Source: Anthoceros angustus (taxonomy: Eukaryota > Plantae > Anthocerotophyta). Taken from it: a stretch of DNA of 64,000 nt. The stretch covers positions 1 through 64,000 of the forward strand of contig VJWM01000265.1 in the NCBI GenBank assembly GCA_010909165.1, in the 5' to 3' direction. Below the pieces are notes generated by a model. It ran no database searches. It saw only the letters and a program-made list of their open reading frames with translations, and had not been told where the DNA came from. The position numbers and the translations under genes were made by a program. Position 1 is the first letter of the stretch. Each line of letters opens with the position of its first letter. Of the stretch, positions 58,563 through 64,000 are shown one piece after another.

Positions 58563-61224
58563 ATGCATCACCACGTGCACGCTGCGGTGCATTGGAGATC
58601 TCCTCCAGTGGGTTTCGTTGCCAGAGACAGGATGTGCCACTCGTGTGCCTTGCTGCGGTTTGGCAGCAGCAGGCGTCAGCTTCAGGCGTACTTTCTGCCC
58701 TGCTCGTTCCGTGTGCTTCGACTGGCAGGTGGTAGACAACAGGGGCCCTTCTTGTCTACGCTGAGGGAAGCTGTTGAGACTAGGTGTTCTGTTTCTGTTG
58801 TTTGTGAGACGTCGGGTCCTTCGCTTGCAAGGGGTCGGGTGCTGCACCCTTCATCAGTCCGTGGGGAGGGTTGTGGAGAAGGCGGATGGGGTGAACTTGA
58901 TAGACGCATGTTCAGCAGGGTGTACAATGTTGCCGCAGTGCGGGTGCCGGCTGATGAGTGTGGGGTTCTGGTGAAACGGCTCAAAGGCTATCTTCTGAAC
59001 TGGTCGCGGATTAAGAATGTGTTGAGAGTCCCTGGGGAAGTTCGGCAGGGTTTCTTGGCTTCAACGGAAGCAGGTATGGTCCGTAGCAGAGAGGAAGGAG
59101 AGGAAGTTCCTGTGTCGTGTGGCGAAGACAAGGCGTTTTCTGTTAGAGTGGTAGACGTCAACCAACCTGAACCTGGTCTGGTGACCGAGAACGTGTTGGG
59201 TCAGTTCGGAGGAGTGGCAAGGGAAACGAGGCTGTTGTTACTTGATGAGAAGTACTCAGAAAGACCTGCGTCTGAGCTCCCTCCTGCTGTCCAGGTCAGT
59301 GGTGGTGGTAGAAATGTTTACTGATCACAAAAATATTTCAGAGAACCGGTAAACATGGAATCTCAGAGGGACCTTTCTACTGCAATGTAGGATCTGATTC
59401 AGGGTAGTGGAAGACAGGAAGCTGGTTCGCTGGTGCAATGTGAGCTTATTATTTCTTACGACTACTGGGCAGTGAATGAGGTATTGACTCCAGCAGTCAT
59501 TTGCTTTCTGGTAGTGCTGTCCTTTGCCAGGGACGATGTGTTTTGATGCTTATACCAGGCTTTGAAATCCGTTCTCCTGGTCGTTAGCTGATACATTGTT
59601 GTCGTGGAATTTTGAAACTCCTGAAGGTTCTGTATGAGTTGCTGCCCTCTGGCATGCCCGTGCCCTCAGCATTTGAGACAGTGGGCCACATTGCCCACCT
59701 CAATCTCGGCAGTGAGCATCTACCCTACCGGCATGTTATTGCACAGGTTTCATGCCTTGCTACTACACCTAGTAGCCATTCCCTCCACAACCATATGAGA
59801 AACACTTGTGGCTGGTTTGCTGTCACACCAGGCTTCTGACTGGTACTTTGTGATTGTGTCGTGTCTGCAGGTGGTTTTGGATAAAAACTGGCCAAAAATC
59901 AGGTCAGTCGTGAACAAGCTGAATGCCATCCAGAATACTTATCGCACAATGCAGCTTGAAGTACTTGCTGGGGATCCTGCACTCGTTACAACCATTGTTG
60001 AACATGGGCTGCTTTTTCACTTAGATTTGTCTCTTGTGTAAGTACACAATGGTCCTTTCAAGCTTTGCATAACCTCATCTTGTGACCGTCTGCACCTTTT
60101 CATAACACCACTTTGTAGTTACTGCTGCAGGAGGAGAGAGCTGGAGTATTAATGCCATGAGCCTGTTTGGTGTTCAGTTACTGGAACACACGACTGGCGT
60201 CAGAGCGGCAGCGTCTTGTTCAACAGTTCGAAAGCAAAGATGTTGTATGTAGGTCATGACAGCACATTCGTTGATCGGGCTGGTGTGGGTTTGCTGATAT
60301 GGTGCTCTCTCCTTCCTTGCTGCTGCTTACGTCATTTGCTGGTGCATTGCACCTTGCAGGTGATGTGTTCGCCGGAGTGGGACCGATTGCAATAGCTGCC
60401 GCCAAGAAAGTGCGCAAAGTTCTCGCCAATGATCTGAATCCTGTTGCTGTGACCTATTTGGCTAAAAACATCGCTTGCAACAAGGTAGCAGAAAAAGTTG
60501 AGGTAATCTCTTCCCTCTAAGCACTTCCAAGTGTTCTTCAACCCAGCTGATGCTGAATCTACAAGCTGAAAGACGACACTTAAGAGACTAGTGGAAATGT
60601 GTTCTCTTGACGTGCAACTTTTGCAGATGTTCAATTTGGATGGACGAGAATTCATAAGACAGGTGTACGAACGGGATGGACCAGATTATTGTACTCAAGT
60701 CGTTATGAACCTTCCAGCAGATGCTGCAGAGTTTCTTGGTCTTTCTTCTTCCCTTTCCTTCCAGCTTTGCACGGGGCTCCTACGTGAAACCCACTCGCCT
60801 TCCTGATTATTCCATGTTGACAAAGCGTCCTGTCGAGAAGCAGTCAGGTTTGATGTGATCTCAGCGCTCACGATCGTGATGCCCGTGCCTCAGATGCATT
60901 CCAGGGTGTCGTAAAAGGAGGGGGGCATCCACTCCCAGTCATTCATGTCTATGGCTTTTCCAAGGCTGCAATTCCAGAAGTAGAATTCATACAGGTCCTT
61001 GTGCTGAACCTAACTCCTGTGCCTACGACGCAGACTGTCTGTGAGTCTAACGTTTCCTTGTTGCTCTCATGGTGCAGCGTGTTGCGAGCATTCTAGGTGA
61101 ATATCCCGGACAATCCAAGACGCACCGTGTGCGGTTGGTTGCCCCGGGCAAGTGGATGTTGTGTTTATCCTTCCAGCTTCCGCAGAGATTTGCTATTGCT
61201 GAGCCGGCGGGGGTGTCCAGTTAA
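58563..61224 (+). CDS. TRM5: tRNA (guanine37-N1)-methyltransferase TRM5, organellar-type, multi-exon
   Basis: GPSLARG, AAVRVP...[39 protein letters not shown]...[63 protein letters not shown] and [15 protein letters not shown]. The start ATG is inferred. Confidence 0.93.
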
Positions 61225-62183
61225 AGGATGGATGCTTCTTGACACCTGCCCCCCAAGTAAGAATTAGCTATCCAATCCAAGAAGGGAGTCGTAATCAGTC
61301 ATTCACCTGGCTTTCTTGTAGGTGGATCACAAAGCCTCCGTTCTTGCGAACGCTGATTATGTGAGCGCATGCACTGCAGGTGGTGCGTTGTGGTTGTTTG
61401 CCTGGCCTGATCTGAGTGATTCTACCTACTTCCTGTGTAAAAGTGTCGGATAAGGTGGTTCAGACGGGTGTCGCTCCTTTGTCACTTTCTGGCCGGCCAC
61501 TTGTGTCATCGCATTTAAACCGCAGTCTGCAAAAGGAAAAACTGGACGCATGGGCACTGTGTGATGAGGGAACGTCCTCCCTGGCAGTTCTGTTGCAGGT
61601 AGTGGGTTGATCGAACTCCTTTTCACCCGCTCTCCTCACAGTTTTGCTCCTCCGTTGCTGATGCTTAAGATTCTTGGTAGCTTGGCCGGTCAAAGTGCAG
61701 GTGTTGTCACCGGAATTTCTTTCGTATTCCAAGAAAACGATCGAGAACTAACCTCTGTTGCATGCTCGTCATGTAGCAGTATCATCATACGAGGGAAGAG
61801 CCGACCAGCGTGACTGGAGAGAAATATCTTCCAATCCCAAGCCGGGTCTCTAAAAATAGGAGTCTACATCCTGGGATGACGAGCATGGTGACAAGCATGG
61901 TGACGAGGAACATGACAAACTGGACTTTGAAACCCACGACGGTTTGGAGAGGACTTTGATGCTGGGTCCCTTGCAGGGACGGCTGGCTGGCACATTTGGG
62001 AGAGGTGAAGCAACAGCTTCAGGGGCGGGGGTATGTTTACTGTGCCCTGGGACTGGGTCTGGGAGTCGGGCAGAGGGAGAGGGGGCGATGCTGAAGGCCG
62101 AGCTGGCTCCGGAGCTGCAGCTGCATGTGCTGCAGGGGAGCTTCAATGGTGGGCTCCGGGGAGTGGGAGATGGAGAGAGGGAG

Positions 62184-63500
62184 ATGGATGCCACAGTGTG
62201 GAGCCGCCTCCCGCAGGACGTGGTGGAGAGGGTGTTGCTCCGCCTGCCATCGGCCAGCCGCCACCGCTTCCAGGCGGTGTGCAGCGCCTGGCGCTCCCTC
62301 ATGTCATGCCCTGGCTTCCTGCAGGAGAGTGCGGCTGTGGGGAGGTCGAATTTCGTGCCGGATCTCATCTGCGCGTTTGAGTACGACTCCGATCATCGGT
62401 CCCCGTACCTGATGCGGGTGTTGGGGGCGGCCAGGAGAAGGCTCACCGTCCCTAGCGGCGAGCGCACGCCGCCTGTGTCCAAGCCGGTGGAACGGTGCCA
62501 GGAGGAGGTGGAGGAGGCCAAGTTGCTGTCGCATGTCCTGAGCAGCAGGAGATCGGAGCAGCTGAGGGTGTTCTCAGTGGACCTGTCCTTTGTGCCCTCC
62601 AAGCTGCTGAGCAAGCGGGTGAAGTCGCAGGGGAACGGGCTGCTGCTCTGCCTGTCCCAGGGGATGCCTGGAGTGAGGTGCGTCATCAACCCCATGACCA
62701 GGTCTTGGAGGGAGCTGCCGCCGCTGTCGCTCAGCTTCCGGGAGAGGATATGGGCGGAGGAGGTGACCGTGGACAGGGATTCCTCCGGTGGGTTCAACGT
62801 GGTGGTCATTAAGGGCACAAGCAGCGATTCTTGGTTCATCTGCGTCTACTCCTCCGCCTCTCACCGGTGGAAAGTTGTCGCAGGGCAGCCTTACCATGGC
62901 CATAGGTATTTCCAGTACTGGCCCAGATTCTTCATCGACAACTTGGTTTACAGCCACGACAGGCTGTTGGGAGACTTGCTCATCCACAACCAGGACGACG
63001 GCATGCTGGTGAAAACGGTGTCTGTTGGGTTTCCTCCCATCCCTCACATGGAGTGTGCCTGCTACGAGTTGCCCGTGCGGTATCTGCGGGTGATATTCAT
63101 GGAGCACGAGGGCACTGTGTACGGAGCCTTTGTCTTCCGTTCTGGGCTGCACCATTTCGGAGGTATCAGTCAGCTGGACCAGAACAGGATGATGTGGGCG
63201 GATTCAGTGCTGCTTCCGGACTCGCTCAACAGCGAGGTGAAGGACCTGGCAAAGAAGAACCCTAGCTTCAAATCTACCGACTGGACGCCTTTCTGTTGCG
63301 GCACTATCTCTCTGGTGGGCGATTGCATCTGCTTCAACCTTCATTCAGAAAAGCTTCACACGATGGCGCTCACTTTGCAGCATGTGGTTGCATTCCACAT
63401 ACCCTCCAGGACATGGAGGATTTTGTTTCCTCGTGCCTTCGTCAGCCTTGGGAAACAGTACTGGCTGTTCGAACCCAAGTCACTCAATGTGCATCTTTGA
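62184..63500 (+). CDS. F-box protein, intronless (F-box/kelch-like or FBA-type beta-propeller C-terminus)
   Basis: WSRLPQDVVERVLLRLP...RFQAVCSAWRSL, then NGLLLCL, VINPMTRSWRELPPL and VYSSASHRW. The ORF is open from 61944, so the true start may lie upstream. Confidence 0.92.
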   Translation: MDATVWSRLPQDVVERVLLRLPSASRHRFQAVCSAWRSLMSCPGFLQESAAVGRSNFVPDLICAFEYDSDHRSPYLMRVLGAARRRLTVPSGERTPPVSKPVERCQEEVEEAKLLSHVLSSRRSEQLRVFSVDLSFVPSKLLSKRVKSQGNGLLLCLSQGMPGVRCVINPMTRSWRELPPLSLSFRERIWAEEVTVDRDSSGGFNVVVIKGTSSDSWFICVYSSASHRWKVVAGQPYHGHRYFQYWPRFFIDNLVYSHDRLLGDLLIHNQDDGMLVKTVSVGFPPIPHMECACYELPVRYLRVIFMEHEGTVYGAFVFRSGLHHFGGISQLDQNRMMWADSVLLPDSLNSEVKDLAKKNPSFKSTDWTPFCCGTISLVGDCICFNLHSEKLHTMALTLQHVVAFHIPSRTWRILFPRAFVSLGKQYWLFEPKSLNVHL

Positions 63501-64000
63501 AATGCAGTACCCTACTCAGGGGCTTCCCGAGTGACTCTTGTGCCTCACTTGCAAGTGTGTGGGCATTTCTTGGCAATCGCAGGAAAGATGTGAACATTTG
63601 TCTCGCATCGGCTTGACACATTACATACAACTAAGACAATGAAGAGATGTCGGAATCACAGTCCTCGGGGGATGATTTCTGGACTCGCATGTGGCCACCC
63701 GGAACTCATATTTGAGGTCGGCGAGTTCTGCTTATATAGAGGAACGGATACAAAGAGAATATCTTGAGGAGGGTGGCTTTTTGGAAGGTGTGCAAATGGA
63801 TTAACATATCTGATACACAGTGGTATTCTTAGTTCGCAGCTAAAATGGTTTGCTTAAAGTGCATAAATAGTAGAGGTTTTATGAGATTATTTATAAGAAA
63901 TAAATAATCTATATTATTTTTAGAATTGAACCTTTTTCTTTGAAGCTACTGATTAGTTGGAATCTAATTCAAATTAATTATCATCTAATAAGTGTGATCT

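Noticed and set aside
62393-63265. ORFs overlapping the F-box gene
   Set aside because: Shadow frames of GC-rich coding sequence.

Overview
Eukaryotic, land-plant DNA. It has spliceosomal genes with short GT-AG introns, TTTAGGG-type repeats and a basal-body gene (LRRCC1/VFL1-like), so a non-seed plant with flagellated sperm is likely (hornwort or lycophyte-like; inference). The left ~19 kb is repeat-dominated: Ty3/gypsy remnants, a ~4 kb segmental duplication (3156-7159 vs 14633-18753), and a family of small atypical RING-H2 cassettes sharing one promoter-like block, one of them tandemly amplified. The span 20-64 kb is gene-rich: laccase, FBN6, an orphan Cys-rich ORF, LRRCC1-like, an atypical NAC, AAE14/MenE, a DnaJ-ferredoxin gene, an intronless divergent double-AP2 ORF, a dirigent-like gene, TRM5 and an F-box gene. 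Interspersed are CRE-type non-LTR retrotransposon fragments, recurrent (TTC)n-abutting element ends, and a 1.1 kb telomere-variant foldback. All assignments come from manual translation and recalled family motifs; no searches were run. Splice coordinates were read by eye. Many small indels between repeat copies may be sequencing or assembly errors.
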